Positions 1-9,836 of a DNA stretch of 64,000 nucleotides are shown piece by piece; the first letter of the stretch is position 1; each line of letters starts with the position of its first letter. The DNA comes from a bacterium (GTDB lineage: Bacteria > SAR324 > XYD2-FULL-50-16). The stretch spans positions 64,001 through 128,000 of the forward strand of contig JAVVEA010000005.1 in NCBI GenBank assembly GCA_032250835.1. Reading direction: 5' to 3'. Below the pieces are notes generated by a model, which had not been told where the DNA came from, searched no databases, and saw only the letters and a list, made by a program, of their open reading frames with translations. The position numbers and the translations under genes were made by a program.

Positions 1-138
1 AAATTACAGTTGGACGAAGCCCAGTTCCGCTGGATGCTCAATGAAGACGCCATGGCCACCGAAAAGCTGGCCGACGGAATCCGTCGCTTTGGCGCGGATA
101 TCGTAACTTTAGAAGCCTTCTTGCAACAAAACAGCTAA
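1..138 (+). CDS. tal: Transaldolase, C-terminal end (partial, runs in from left edge)
   Basis: Frame 1 translates [33 protein letters not shown]...*, the typical transaldolase C-terminus; TAA at 136-138. Confidence 0.85.
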   Translation, partial: KLQLDEAQFRWMLNEDAMATEKLADGIRRFGADIVTLEAFLQQNS

Positions 139-145
139 GGACCCC

Positions 146-1036
146 ATGGAACGACTGGCCAGTAAACCGATCCGCGAAGCTATTGAGGTAGACCTAAAAA
201 AAGAGGTCGCCCGGATCAAAGAAGAAGCAAAAATAGAAGTTTGCCTTGCGGTGATCTTGGTCGGTGATGACCCGGCCAGTCACGTTTACGTGGCCAGCAA
301 GGAAAAGGCCTGTGGCCGTTTGGGCATCAAGAGCATCGTCATGAGGCTCCCAGCCGAAACCAGCCAAGCCGAATTATTGGCGCTAATCGACCAGTATAAC
401 AAGGACCCGGACATCCACGGCATCTTGTGTCAAGTCCCCTTGCCCAAGCATTGTAACGAATCCGAGATGATCGAAGCCATCGCCCCCCAAAAGGATGTGG
501 ATTGCTTCCATCCCTACAACCTGGGCCTATTAGCGGCAGGCACGCCCAAATTCATGCCCTGCACGCCCTTTGGCGTCCTCCAAATTTTAAAGCGGAGCCA
601 GATCCAAACGTCCGGTAAAAAGGTGGTCATCGTCGGGCGTAGCAATATTGTGGGGCGGCCTTTGTCCATTTTGTTGTCCCTTAAGGAATGGAATGCTACG
701 GTGACGCTCTGTCATTCGGGCACCGCCGATTTGGCGGCCGAATGCCGCCAAGCGGATATTCTAATCGCCGCTATCGGGCGGCCTGACTTTATCACCAAAG
801 AATTCGTCAAGCCCGGTGCCGTTTTGATCGACGTGGGCATCAACCGAGTTGAAGACCCCGAACACCCCAAGGGTGCACGCTTGGTCGGCGACATCGATTA
901 TGAAGGGGTCTCTTCCATCGCCAGCGCCTGCACGCCGGTCCCTGGCGGAGTGGGGCCCATGACGATCAACATGTTAATGTACAACGTGGTCAACGCCGCC
1001 CGCTTCCAGCTGGGCCTAGAGGCCTATAAACTTTAA
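146..1036 (+). CDS. folD: Bifunctional methylenetetrahydrofolate dehydrogenase/cyclohydrolase
   Basis: LAVILVGDDPASHVYV, KDVDCFHP, PCTP, GRSNIVGRP, TPVPGGVGPMT motifs. Confidence 0.97.
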   Translation: MERLASKPIREAIEVDLKKEVARIKEEAKIEVCLAVILVGDDPASHVYVASKEKACGRLGIKSIVMRLPAETSQAELLALIDQYNKDPDIHGILCQVPLPKHCNESEMIEAIAPQKDVDCFHPYNLGLLAAGTPKFMPCTPFGVLQILKRSQIQTSGKKVVIVGRSNIVGRPLSILLSLKEWNATVTLCHSGTADLAAECRQADILIAAIGRPDFITKEFVKPGAVLIDVGINRVEDPEHPKGARLVGDIDYEGVSSIASACTPVPGGVGPMTINMLMYNVVNAARFQLGLEAYKL

Positions 1037-1045
1037 GGAAGGTCT

Positions 1046-2341
1046 TTGAACCAAAGCGCCACCAAAAGCCTGCGGGTCCTGCCCAACGGATTGAAGCTTT
1101 ATTGTTTGGCCCACCCGGGCATCAAAACCCTGACCATGCACGCCTGGGTATTTACAGGCTCGGCCTTTGAGTCGCCCGAGGTCAACGGGGTCAGCCACTT
1201 CTTGGAGCATATGCTCTTTAGGGGCAATGCCCAGCTAGGTAACTCCGTAGAGATGAGCTTGGCCATTGAGCGCCTGGGCGGGGAAATGAACGCCGCCACC
1301 GGCTTTGACCACACCGAATATTGGTTGGAGTGCCACCGGGACTACCTGGACCAAGCGCTATCGAACTTCGCTGCCTTTTTGTGTTACCCCAGTTTTGAAC
1401 AGATCGATACGGAACGAGCGATTATTTTAGAAGAGATCAAAAGCGACTTCAACGAGAAGGAGCAACTGATCGACCCCGACCAGCTTTCTGCCCAAGCGAT
1501 TTGGCCCGGTCAGGCCATGGGCCTTCCGGTCTCGGGCACCCAAGCTTCCGTTTCGGCCCTTGAGGTGCCTCACTTACGCGGCTGGTACGAGCAGTATTAC
1601 ACGGCCAACAACATGATCTTAGGCATCTCCGGCGACTTTGACCCCGCCCGAGCCGAAGAGATGTTTTCGCACCATCTAGCGCAACTTCCTCCGGGCCGCC
1701 GCTACCAATACCAACCGCCGGTTAGCCGCATCCTGGCCGAGACCCAATTCACTTGGTCGGTTGAGCCAGACAATCAGTACAACCTCGCCTGGAGCTTCCT
1801 GCACGACCACCTAACGCCTCGGCACCGGGTTTTGCTGCAATTGATCTCGCGCATGCTCGACGATGGGTCTTCTTCTAGGCTGCAACGGATCATCCGTGAA
1901 GAGTTGGGGCTGGTCTACGACATCCACCTCTCGCCTAGCTTTTATGACGGCGGGGCTGCTTTGGTCTTACAGGCAACGGTAGGTAAGGAACGTTTAGGGG
2001 AGTTGGTAGACGCGCTGGTGGTGCTCTTAAATGAAGTGATCCAAAAGGGCTTTGGCCCCGAAGAGCTACATTTATCAAAGCTCCGGTTACAGACTGCCTT
2101 AGACTGCTTTAGTGACACCGCCGAAGGGCGTTTGCACGAAATGGTGGCCCCGGAGTTGTACCCCGCTTACCTGCCCTTAGACAGCCTGACCCATTTATTG
2201 GCGGAAATTGATCTCGAAGAGGTCAACCAGATGGCCGCCAAGGTTCTTTCCAACAAAGAATCGGCCTTCGTTTTTGTGGGCCCCGAACCAGGACCGCTGA
2301 AAGGAAAAATCCAAGACAAACTAGCCCCTTGGAGCCTTTAA
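1046..2341 (+). CDS. M16 (pitrilysin/insulinase) family zinc peptidase
   Basis: Inverted zinc motif HFLEH, NAATG, IREELGLVYDI; TTG start. Confidence 0.9.
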   Translation: MNQSATKSLRVLPNGLKLYCLAHPGIKTLTMHAWVFTGSAFESPEVNGVSHFLEHMLFRGNAQLGNSVEMSLAIERLGGEMNAATGFDHTEYWLECHRDYLDQALSNFAAFLCYPSFEQIDTERAIILEEIKSDFNEKEQLIDPDQLSAQAIWPGQAMGLPVSGTQASVSALEVPHLRGWYEQYYTANNMILGISGDFDPARAEEMFSHHLAQLPPGRRYQYQPPVSRILAETQFTWSVEPDNQYNLAWSFLHDHLTPRHRVLLQLISRMLDDGSSSRLQRIIREELGLVYDIHLSPSFYDGGAALVLQATVGKERLGELVDALVVLLNEVIQKGFGPEELHLSKLRLQTALDCFSDTAEGRLHEMVAPELYPAYLPLDSLTHLLAEIDLEEVNQMAAKVLSNKESAFVFVGPEPGPLKGKIQDKLAPWSL

Positions 2342-2419
2342 ACAACATCCCGCCTTAACTTGGCGCTACCGACGGGCAAGCTAGCCTAATGGCCCTCAAC
2401 CTGACCCACAGTTAACCCT

Positions 2420-3679
2420 ATGTCTTTGTTTAGAAAAGCCGCCAAAATCCAGAAGCCGAGCCCCAGCGCTACGGCTGCTTTAAACAGCCAATTGGTGCTG
2501 CACATTTCGTCGATCTTTTCCTTGGCCGTTGATTCGGGCGACGACATCACCATGCTCAAGGACCGGGTTGCCAGCACCTCGGCCCAAACCACCGAGCTTT
2601 CAGCGACGACCGAAGAGTTAGACCGCAACACCCGTGACGTACTAGAATTAGTTAAAGAAACCAGTGAATCAGCCCGAGCGATGTCCGACGCTTCGAAAGA
2701 AGGCGGCAAGGTAGTTAACGAAATGTTGACCGCCAACCGGGCTCTGGCCGGGGCTACCGAAGAGTCCACCAGCCTGATCCACGAATTAAGCCAAGACAGC
2801 GAGCGGATCGGCAAGGCCGTGACCATCATCGATTCCGTGGCCAACCAGACCAACCTACTCAGCCTCAACGCCGCGATTGAGGCGGCTAAAGCGGGAGAAC
2901 AGGGTAAGGGTTTTGCGGTGGTGGCCGACGAAGTCCGCACCTTGGCGGGCCGGGCCGCAGAAGCGAGCCGTAGCATCCGAGAATCGGTGGAAGTGGTCCA
3001 AGATAAAGTCAAAAAAACCTTGGCCAAGTTTGACCAGATTTCACAAATGGCCCAAAACAACCTCACCCATTCGGATGCCATCCAAGAAGCCTTTGAGGCG
3101 ATCATGCAGATGGCCGACAGCGTCACCGAGGTGGCGGGTAAGTTAGACACCAGCATGGAAGAGCAAGCCAGTGCGATCAGCGAAACGGCTCGCACCGTAG
3201 AAGCGCTTTCCGAAGAACTCCGCGAAGAGGCCGACCGACTCGAAGACAGCTTAGACCCGGCGGTCCATCAGATGGTTAAAGAGACGGGGTTGATGGACCA
3301 GGCGGTCTTTAAACTAGATATTAGTGACAAAGACCTGCTCGAAACGGCGATCAAAGACCACCAACGTTGGGTGCATCGGATAAAGCGGATGTTAAAAGGA
3401 GAAATCCACCTAAGCGCCGATGCCAGCTTGGCAGACCCGCATAAATGCCGTTTAGGGAAATGGTATTTCAACCTGGAGCACCCGCGCATTCAAGCCCAAG
3501 CAGAGGCGAAGCGACTCTTTGAGGCAATGGACGCGCCCCATGCCCGCATCCACCAAACCTTCTACAACCTGATCCAAGCCCACCAACAGGGTAAAAACAC
3601 CTCTTCGCTAGAAGCGGATTTGAAGCAATGCTCTGAGGTGATTGTGGGCAACCTAGAAAAGCTGGCGGAGATCATCTAA
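2420..3679 (+). CDS. Soluble methyl-accepting chemotaxis protein with C-terminal CZB (chemoreceptor zinc-binding) domain
   Basis: MCP hairpin [34 protein letters not shown] ligands DHQRW...[10 protein letters not shown]...PHARIH; no clear TM helix. Confidence 0.9.
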   Translation: MSLFRKAAKIQKPSPSATAALNSQLVLHISSIFSLAVDSGDDITMLKDRVASTSAQTTELSATTEELDRNTRDVLELVKETSESARAMSDASKEGGKVVNEMLTANRALAGATEESTSLIHELSQDSERIGKAVTIIDSVANQTNLLSLNAAIEAAKAGEQGKGFAVVADEVRTLAGRAAEASRSIRESVEVVQDKVKKTLAKFDQISQMAQNNLTHSDAIQEAFEAIMQMADSVTEVAGKLDTSMEEQASAISETARTVEALSEELREEADRLEDSLDPAVHQMVKETGLMDQAVFKLDISDKDLLETAIKDHQRWVHRIKRMLKGEIHLSADASLADPHKCRLGKWYFNLEHPRIQAQAEAKRLFEAMDAPHARIHQTFYNLIQAHQQGKNTSSLEADLKQCSEVIVGNLEKLAEII

Positions 3680-4272
3680 ATTTTTTGCAAAATATAGGCG
3701 CGAAAACAGGGAAACAGGACCTTCTTCCAAGCCAACCGCTTCAGGCCCACTTCAGCAAACCGGGCTTCGAGTTGATCAAAGTTAAAGGCCCCTTCGGGCG
3801 GGATGCCAAAGCCAAAGACCCGCCGGAAGAAAGCCGCCGAAGTCCCATTGGGCTCTTCGATCAGCAAATAGCCGCCCGGCTTGAGCAAACCGGCAATCTC
3901 TGCTGCGGCGCGCCGCCAATCTTCTAGGTGGTGCAACAACCCAAAAGCAAAGGCAAAATCAAAAGATTCGGGCTTTAAACCCAATTGGTGGACATCGGCC
4001 AAAACCCACAAGGCTTCGGTGGGGTAGCGGCGGGCTAACTCTAGTTGCCGGGGCATGACGTCGCAAGCAACCAAACGGTTCGGGCGGTAGGTTTGCGCTA
4101 GGAAATAACTGCTGTAGCCGGAACCGCAGGCTAGGTCTACCAAGGTCTTGCCGCTGGGGTCCACCTGTTGATCGGCCAGCAATTGGCGGAAGAGGCGAAA
4201 TTCCAAATGCCGTAACAACCCCTTGCGCAGCGGGTTGTTCATGGCCAGCATTTCTATAAAGTTCAGCTGCAT
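3676..4272 (-). CDS. Class I SAM-dependent methyltransferase
   Basis: VDLACGSGY motif [19 protein letters not shown]; start placed at ATG 4272, overlapping the aroA TGA (TGATG). Confidence 0.85.
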   Translation of the reverse strand: MQLNFIEMLAMNNPLRKGLLRHLEFRLFRQLLADQQVDPSGKTLVDLACGSGYSSYFLAQTYRPNRLVACDVMPRQLELARRYPTEALWVLADVHQLGLKPESFDFAFAFGLLHHLEDWRRAAAEIAGLLKPGGYLLIEEPNGTSAAFFRRVFGFGIPPEGAFNFDQLEARFAEVGLKRLAWKKVLFPCFRAYILQKI

Positions 4273-5588
4273 CAGCCCATTTGACGGACTAAGACACGGT
4301 CCTGCTCGGTGAGCGGCTTGAGCAGCGGGAAGAGGGTCTGGAAATAGCGGGGGAAGGTCTTGGTGACACAAGCGGGTTCCAAAAGCTTCACACCCGGCAG
4401 CTTCAGCCCCGCCAAGGAAAAGCACATGGCCATGCGGTGGTCGTCGTAGGTCTCCAACTCCGCGCCTTGTAAATTACCACCGCCGGTGATGGCCAAGCCA
4501 TCCTCAAACTCTTCGGCCACCGCCCCCAGCTTACGCAGCTCTGTGCAAACCGCTGTGATCCGGTCACATTCCTTGATCCGCATATTGGCCACATTGCGGA
4601 TCACCGTGCGGCCTTCGGCGAAGAGAGCGACCACCGCCAAGGTAGGGGCCACGTCGCTCATGCTGTTCATGTCCACCTCAACGGCCTTTAGGGGCCCGCC
4701 CTGAAGGACCACGCCGTCCGACTCCCAGCTCAAGGTACAGCCCATTTGCTCTAAAATGTAAATCAACCCCAAGTCTCCTTGGGTGCTATCCCTTTGCAGA
4801 CCCCGCACCTTAACCCGTCCACCGGTAACGGCGGCGAGGCCGAAAAAATAGCTCGCCGAACTGGCGTCGCCTTCAATCTCATAATCGCGCCCCTGATAGC
4901 CCTGACGCCCCGGAACCCGCAAGACCTGTTCACCTTCCCAATGGCTTTGGGCCCCGAAATCACTCATGATCTGGCGGGTCATCTCGACGTAGGTACGAGA
5001 AACCAAAGGGCCGTCGATCTCGATGCGGGTATCGCCTCCGGCGCAGGGGGCGGTCAACATCAAGGCGCTTAAGTACTGGCTGGACTTGTCACCGCGGATG
5101 GTGACCTGCCCGCCGGTGAATTTCCCTTGCACCCGCAACGGAGGGCAGCCAGTCCCTTCTAGGTCCAAAACCTCCACCCCCAGGGGCTTAAGCCCCTCAA
5201 TCAAGTCCCCAATGGGGCGTTGGCGCATCCGCGCATTGCCGTCGAGTCGGTAAGGCCCCTGACCGAGCCCTAAGGCAGCGGTCAAAAAGCGGGCGGCAGT
5301 ACCGGCGTTTTCTACATATAGTTCTCCCCCAAAAGGCGCAAAGGACCCCGCCGCGCCCAGCACAGACAACCATTCGCCTTGGGCCTCTAGATCGACGCCT
5401 AGGGCCTCTAAGGCTTTAGACATATAGTGGGTGTCGTCGCTGTGCAACATGCCGCCCAAGCGGCTTCGGCCCTCGGCCAATCCGGCGATCAGCAAAGCGC
5501 GGTTGGTCAGGCTTTTGGAGCCGGGCACACGCAGGTCCGCGTCTACCGGTCCCGAATTGGGGATGATCAAACTGTTGGGAAGGTCCAT
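4272..5588 (-). CDS. aroA: 3-phosphoshikimate 1-carboxyvinyltransferase (EPSP synthase)
   Basis: PGSKSLTNR, NAGTAARFL, SSQYLSAL, RIKECDR, DDHRMAM motifs. Confidence 0.97.
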   Translation of the reverse strand: MDLPNSLIIPNSGPVDADLRVPGSKSLTNRALLIAGLAEGRSRLGGMLHSDDTHYMSKALEALGVDLEAQGEWLSVLGAAGSFAPFGGELYVENAGTAARFLTAALGLGQGPYRLDGNARMRQRPIGDLIEGLKPLGVEVLDLEGTGCPPLRVQGKFTGGQVTIRGDKSSQYLSALMLTAPCAGGDTRIEIDGPLVSRTYVEMTRQIMSDFGAQSHWEGEQVLRVPGRQGYQGRDYEIEGDASSASYFFGLAAVTGGRVKVRGLQRDSTQGDLGLIYILEQMGCTLSWESDGVVLQGGPLKAVEVDMNSMSDVAPTLAVVALFAEGRTVIRNVANMRIKECDRITAVCTELRKLGAVAEEFEDGLAITGGGNLQGAELETYDDHRMAMCFSLAGLKLPGVKLLEPACVTKTFPRYFQTLFPLLKPLTEQDRVLVRQMG

Positions 5589-5644
5589 TAGGGCTCCATG
5601 GGTTGGCCCCCAAAGTAGCCCAAGACCCCTAACTTGGCAAGCTG

Positions 5645-7096
5645 TCAGGGGATCAAGATATGCGCGTCGCCGAACTCAGGCTGGCTGGCAAAGGGGATTT
5701 GGGCGGGGTCTAAGGGCTGGCTGGTGTGGCTGAACAATAACGTCGCCGAGCCATCCTGGGCAAAGTCCTGGGGCTCCCCATGCACAAAGCCGCCGCCGAC
5801 ATCTACTTTTTTCAGGTCTAGGGGCTGGTCATAAGATTCTAACAGCGCGTCTTTGAATTTCTCAAAGGCTTTTGGGTTCGGTGCCGACCTGGCGAAGTCC
5901 TCTAAGACCTTACGGCTGGCAATATCCGTCAAATGGCCATAGGTCCGGTAACCTTCGGGCCCTTTGGCGCGCACCAAAAACAACGTAGTGTCGATGGGGT
6001 GGGCCGAAGGCAGGGCTTTAACCTCCAATCCCTTCAGGCGATTCCAGGCCCCAGGGATCAGGGGTTCAAACTGCAACTTTGCCCGCAGGCGGCTTTCGGC
6101 GGTGCCCGTTAAGGCGGCATATTTTTTCAGCAGACTCAAAAAAATCCGTGGCGTCGCCACAATTTTCAACTCAGGATTGCGCTTGAGCAACGAGAAAAAT
6201 CCACCAAAATGGTCGTCATGAACATGGGTGACCAGCACGCCTTCTAAGTCCTTGGCGCTTAGCCCCAAAGCTTTAATATTCTCGGCCACAAAAGGTCCCG
6301 CATCCATCAGGAACTTGCGGTTTTTATATAAGATCAGGCTCCCCATACAGGGGCGGTCTGGGTCCCATCCGTCCCCGTTGCCCACGTGAACCACTGCAAA
6401 ACGGGCTTGGGGTAAGGCGACTTTAGGCAACCGGTAACTGGGCGCAAAGCGTTCGCCCCGCTTTAGGCTGAGGTCCAGTTCGGCCCGTTGCCCTTGAAAA
6501 TCCACCACGAAGCGGTTGCCGCCTAATCGGGTGAGGATCAGCCCAGGGGCAAGCTCAAGCGTTTCTTGGTCGAAGGCCACTAGGTCCATCAGGTCCCCGG
6601 TCTCAGCGAACCGACCGTAGGCAAACTGCCGCTTCATTTCCAGATACAACTGCTTCTCCGCTACGGGCAGTTGCAATTCATCGTATTCGGACTCTAAATA
6701 CAGCCCATAGTTGCCCCGCTTGATGTATTCGGCCTGGGCAGCCAAAGCATTTGAGGCCCCAACCAGCCGAGGACGGCCAAACTTTTTTTGGGCCGGATGT
6801 CCCGGAATGCCAAGCCCCTGCTTGTAAAGCATGTGCAGCACCGGGAACTCCGCTAGGTTGGCCACTTCGCCTGCCTGGATCAATTGTTCCCCTAACAGCA
6901 AGGCATTAGGACCGGTTTCGCAAATCACGCCGCTTAAGTTTTGTTCGCTCACAAAACCTTGGACCCGCAGATGTTTGATCGCATCGGGCGGGGAACCGCA
7001 GAGCATACGTAGGCCTACTGCGGGCACCTGCAAATAGTAGCAGCCCGGCTGGATGCGGTCGAGTTGGAGGGCGTTCGCAATCGCCTTAGAGCTCAT
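5645..7096 (-). CDS. Metallo-beta-lactamase-fold hydrolase with long N-terminal extension
   Basis: THVHDDHFGG (HxHxDH) motif, AHPIDT, KKVDVGGGFVHG, SHT. Confidence 0.8.
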   Translation of the reverse strand: MSSKAIANALQLDRIQPGCYYLQVPAVGLRMLCGSPPDAIKHLRVQGFVSEQNLSGVICETGPNALLLGEQLIQAGEVANLAEFPVLHMLYKQGLGIPGHPAQKKFGRPRLVGASNALAAQAEYIKRGNYGLYLESEYDELQLPVAEKQLYLEMKRQFAYGRFAETGDLMDLVAFDQETLELAPGLILTRLGGNRFVVDFQGQRAELDLSLKRGERFAPSYRLPKVALPQARFAVVHVGNGDGWDPDRPCMGSLILYKNRKFLMDAGPFVAENIKALGLSAKDLEGVLVTHVHDDHFGGFFSLLKRNPELKIVATPRIFLSLLKKYAALTGTAESRLRAKLQFEPLIPGAWNRLKGLEVKALPSAHPIDTTLFLVRAKGPEGYRTYGHLTDIASRKVLEDFARSAPNPKAFEKFKDALLESYDQPLDLKKVDVGGGFVHGEPQDFAQDGSATLLFSHTSQPLDPAQIPFASQPEFGDAHILIP

Positions 7097-7628
7097 CTTT
7101 TAAGTATTGATCCACCAGCACACTGGGGGCAAAGGTGGTTTCGCGGTATAGGGTGATGTGGTCCTGACGGGCCCAGCGGAAGAAATTATCAAAAATATAA
7201 CCCAACATGGGGTCCATATTCTGGGGGTCTTCTACGTTGCGCGCCGCCTGGGCAAAGTAAATGAGGTTGTGGAAGTCCGCTCTGGGGATGCCCACTAAGT
7301 CGTTGATCTTGGCCAGATAGACCTTTTCTGCATCGTGCAGCAGTCCATCGGCCATGGCCATCGAAATTAGGTCCAAAAGAAAGCTGTACTGCATCTTCTT
7401 TTGGCGTAACTCCTCAAAACCCGACTGGATCTCGGCTTCACTCAATTGTACTTTACTTACCAATTGGTCGTGTTCTGCCGCCGAGATACCGAAGCGGGTG
7501 AACATGCTTTCGAGTAGTTCCACTTCAGATTCATCTAGACTGCCGTCTACCGCCGCCATATGGGCCACTAAACGTAGGTAGAGGGACCTGGTTTGGGCGG
7601 GAAATTTCGTGATGTCGGCCAGCGTCAT
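7086..7628 (-). CDS. TerB-family (tellurite resistance-like) protein
   Basis: Two AxxDG-x-L-xxxE motifs (AAVDGSLDESE, AMADGLLHDAE). Confidence 0.8.
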   Translation of the reverse strand: MTLADITKFPAQTRSLYLRLVAHMAAVDGSLDESEVELLESMFTRFGISAAEHDQLVSKVQLSEAEIQSGFEELRQKKMQYSFLLDLISMAMADGLLHDAEKVYLAKINDLVGIPRADFHNLIYFAQAARNVEDPQNMDPMLGYIFDNFFRWARQDHITLYRETTFAPSVLVDQYLKDEL

Positions 7629-7768
7629 GGTTTTCTTGGGTTGGGGTTGGTAGTTTTGGCTTGGTGGATATACAAAAATTCTGCCATAACGGAGCCATCA
7701 GCCCGGTACGACCCAACTAGGGCAACTATATATGATGATTTTCTTTTTGACCTCCCCCTATTTTACCA

Positions 7769-8836
7769 ATGACCTTAAAAGAATTGGCAAAGCGGCTTAA
7801 CCTGGACTTTCACGGCGACGAAAATCTGGTTCTGACCCATTTAAGCGGCTTCGAAGAGATCAGCGCCGGGGCCTTGGCCTTTTTGATGGACTCTAAAGCG
7901 CTACCCACCCCTGGCGGGGTCTTCAACCAAAAACAAAAAGACTTGGCCCAAGTAGCCGCCGACCAACCCTGTGCGGTGATCGTGCCCTTAGGGACCGAAG
8001 CCCGTGACATGAACTTAATCTGGGCGGCAGACCCCTTGGCCGCCCACTGCCAAGCGGCCAATATCTTACAATCGCCGCCCCAAGCCAGCGGCAAAATCCA
8101 CCCCCGGGCCTGGGTTGACCCGAGCGCCCAAATTGGTGAAAACGTCACCCTTGACGCCGGGGTGGTGGTCTACGAAGGGGCACAAATCGGCCAGGGGAGC
8201 GTGCTCCGGGCCAACGTGGTGGTGATGGCCGGAGCCCGATTGGGCGAAGATTGTTTGATCTACCCTAATGTCACCATCCGCGAGGGCTGCCAATTGGGCG
8301 ACCGGGTGATCTTACACGCCGGGGTGGTAATCGGTGCCGACGGGTATGGCTATTACCAGCGCGAAGGAAAAAACCACAAAATCCCCCAGGTTGGGGTGGT
8401 GGTGCTCGAATCGGATGTTGAGATCGGTGCCAACAGTTGCGTGGACCGCGCCCGGTTCAGCCAAACCCGCATCGGCGCGAACAGTAAATTAGATAACTTG
8501 GTCCATATCGCCCACAACGTAGAAGTCGGGGCCGAGTCGCTGATTACCGCCCAATCAGGCATCGCCGGCAGCACCAAAACCGGCACTCACTTGATGATGG
8601 GCGGCCAGTCAGGCATCCGCGACAACCTAAGCATCGGCAACCGAGTGACGCTGTTAGCGCGCACTTTAGTGACCGCCAAGGCTCAGGACGGCGAAACCCT
8701 GGCCGGTATGCCCGGACGAGCCTTTGACAAATGGCGGCACCAGCAAGCCAGTTTGGCGCATTTAGACCGGCTCTTAGAGCGGATCAAGGCCTTAGAAGAA
8801 TGGATGCAGCACTGGCGCTCTACGGAGCCCAAGTAA
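7769..8836 (+). CDS. lpxD: UDP-3-O-(3-hydroxyacyl)glucosamine N-acyltransferase
   Basis: Hexapeptide repeats; IGADGYGY, KIPQVG, EIGANSCVDRA, KLDNLVHIAHNV. Confidence 0.95.
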   Translation: MTLKELAKRLNLDFHGDENLVLTHLSGFEEISAGALAFLMDSKALPTPGGVFNQKQKDLAQVAADQPCAVIVPLGTEARDMNLIWAADPLAAHCQAANILQSPPQASGKIHPRAWVDPSAQIGENVTLDAGVVVYEGAQIGQGSVLRANVVVMAGARLGEDCLIYPNVTIREGCQLGDRVILHAGVVIGADGYGYYQREGKNHKIPQVGVVVLESDVEIGANSCVDRARFSQTRIGANSKLDNLVHIAHNVEVGAESLITAQSGIAGSTKTGTHLMMGGQSGIRDNLSIGNRVTLLARTLVTAKAQDGETLAGMPGRAFDKWRHQQASLAHLDRLLERIKALEEWMQHWRSTEPK

Positions 8837-8924
8837 TAACTCGATCTAAGGTTACCCTTGGATTTTCTGGTCCAATTGCCTATCCTAGAAGGAACACACC
8901 AAACAACTCCTACTGATAGGTTCC

Positions 8925-9836
8925 ATGAATCTGCAATTGATCGAAAAGGTTGTCCCCGCTGATGGGGAAGTATACAAGCCCAGTGACCCCTTCTTGGCTC
9001 CGGTGGTCGAGAACCGCCGCTTAACCCCGGAAGACTCTGAAGACGTGCGGCATATTGTGCTCGACATCAGCCGTTCCGGCATGCGCTACGTTGAAGGCCA
9101 ATCGATCGGCATCGTCCCCCCCGGAGTGGACGAAAAGGGCAAGCGCCACCGCCCACGCCTTTACAGCATCGCTTCGGCCCGTTGTGGAGAGATCGGCTGC
9201 GACATCGACAACAAAGCCACCACCGTTACCCTCTGCGTCAAGCGGGTGGTCTATCAAGACGAATCGGGCCAGGAGGTGCGCGGCTTAGCCAGCAACCACC
9301 TCTGCGACGCGCAGCCCGGCGACGACCTTCAGATGACCGGCCCCATTGGGCGCAAGTTTTTGTTGCCCGCCGACGACTCCAACCACTTGATCATGATCGC
9401 CGTAGGCACCGGCATCGCCCCCTTCCGCGCCTTTGTGCAATACATCTACGGCGACCATGGCAGCTGGGGCGGTAAGGTAAAGCTTTTTTACGGTGCCAAG
9501 ACCGGCCTAGAGACGCTCTACATGAACGAACAGAGCAACGACATCGGCCAATATTACACCCAAGAAACCTTTGAGGCGATCCGCGCCCTTTCGCGCGAAG
9601 AAACCACCGAATCGGGCAAGCGAGTCTACGTACAAGACAAAATTGCGCGGCAAAAAGACGAACTTTGGACCCTGATCAAAGAAGGCCATTTTTGCCTCTA
9701 TATCTGCGGCCTCAAGGGGATGGAAGAAGGCGTGGACCAAGTTTTAAGCGGCTGGGCCAGTGCCGAAGGTTTGGATTGGGAAGAAATGAAAAAAGGCTTT
9801 AAGGACAATGGCCGGTGGAACGTTGAGGTATACTAG
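8925..9836 (+). CDS. petH: Ferredoxin--NADP+ reductase (plastidic-type)
   Basis: RLYSIAS, GLASNHLC, GTGIAPFR, YICGLKGM and C-terminal WNVEVY. Confidence 0.9.
   Translation: MNLQLIEKVVPADGEVYKPSDPFLAPVVENRRLTPEDSEDVRHIVLDISRSGMRYVEGQSIGIVPPGVDEKGKRHRPRLYSIASARCGEIGCDIDNKATTVTLCVKRVVYQDESGQEVRGLASNHLCDAQPGDDLQMTGPIGRKFLLPADDSNHLIMIAVGTGIAPFRAFVQYIYGDHGSWGGKVKLFYGAKTGLETLYMNEQSNDIGQYYTQETFEAIRALSREETTESGKRVYVQDKIARQKDELWTLIKEGHFCLYICGLKGMEEGVDQVLSGWASAEGLDWEEMKKGFKDNGRWNVEVY

Noticed and set aside
2386-3195. 269-aa antisense ORF
   Set aside because: Shadow of the MCP gene on the opposite strand.
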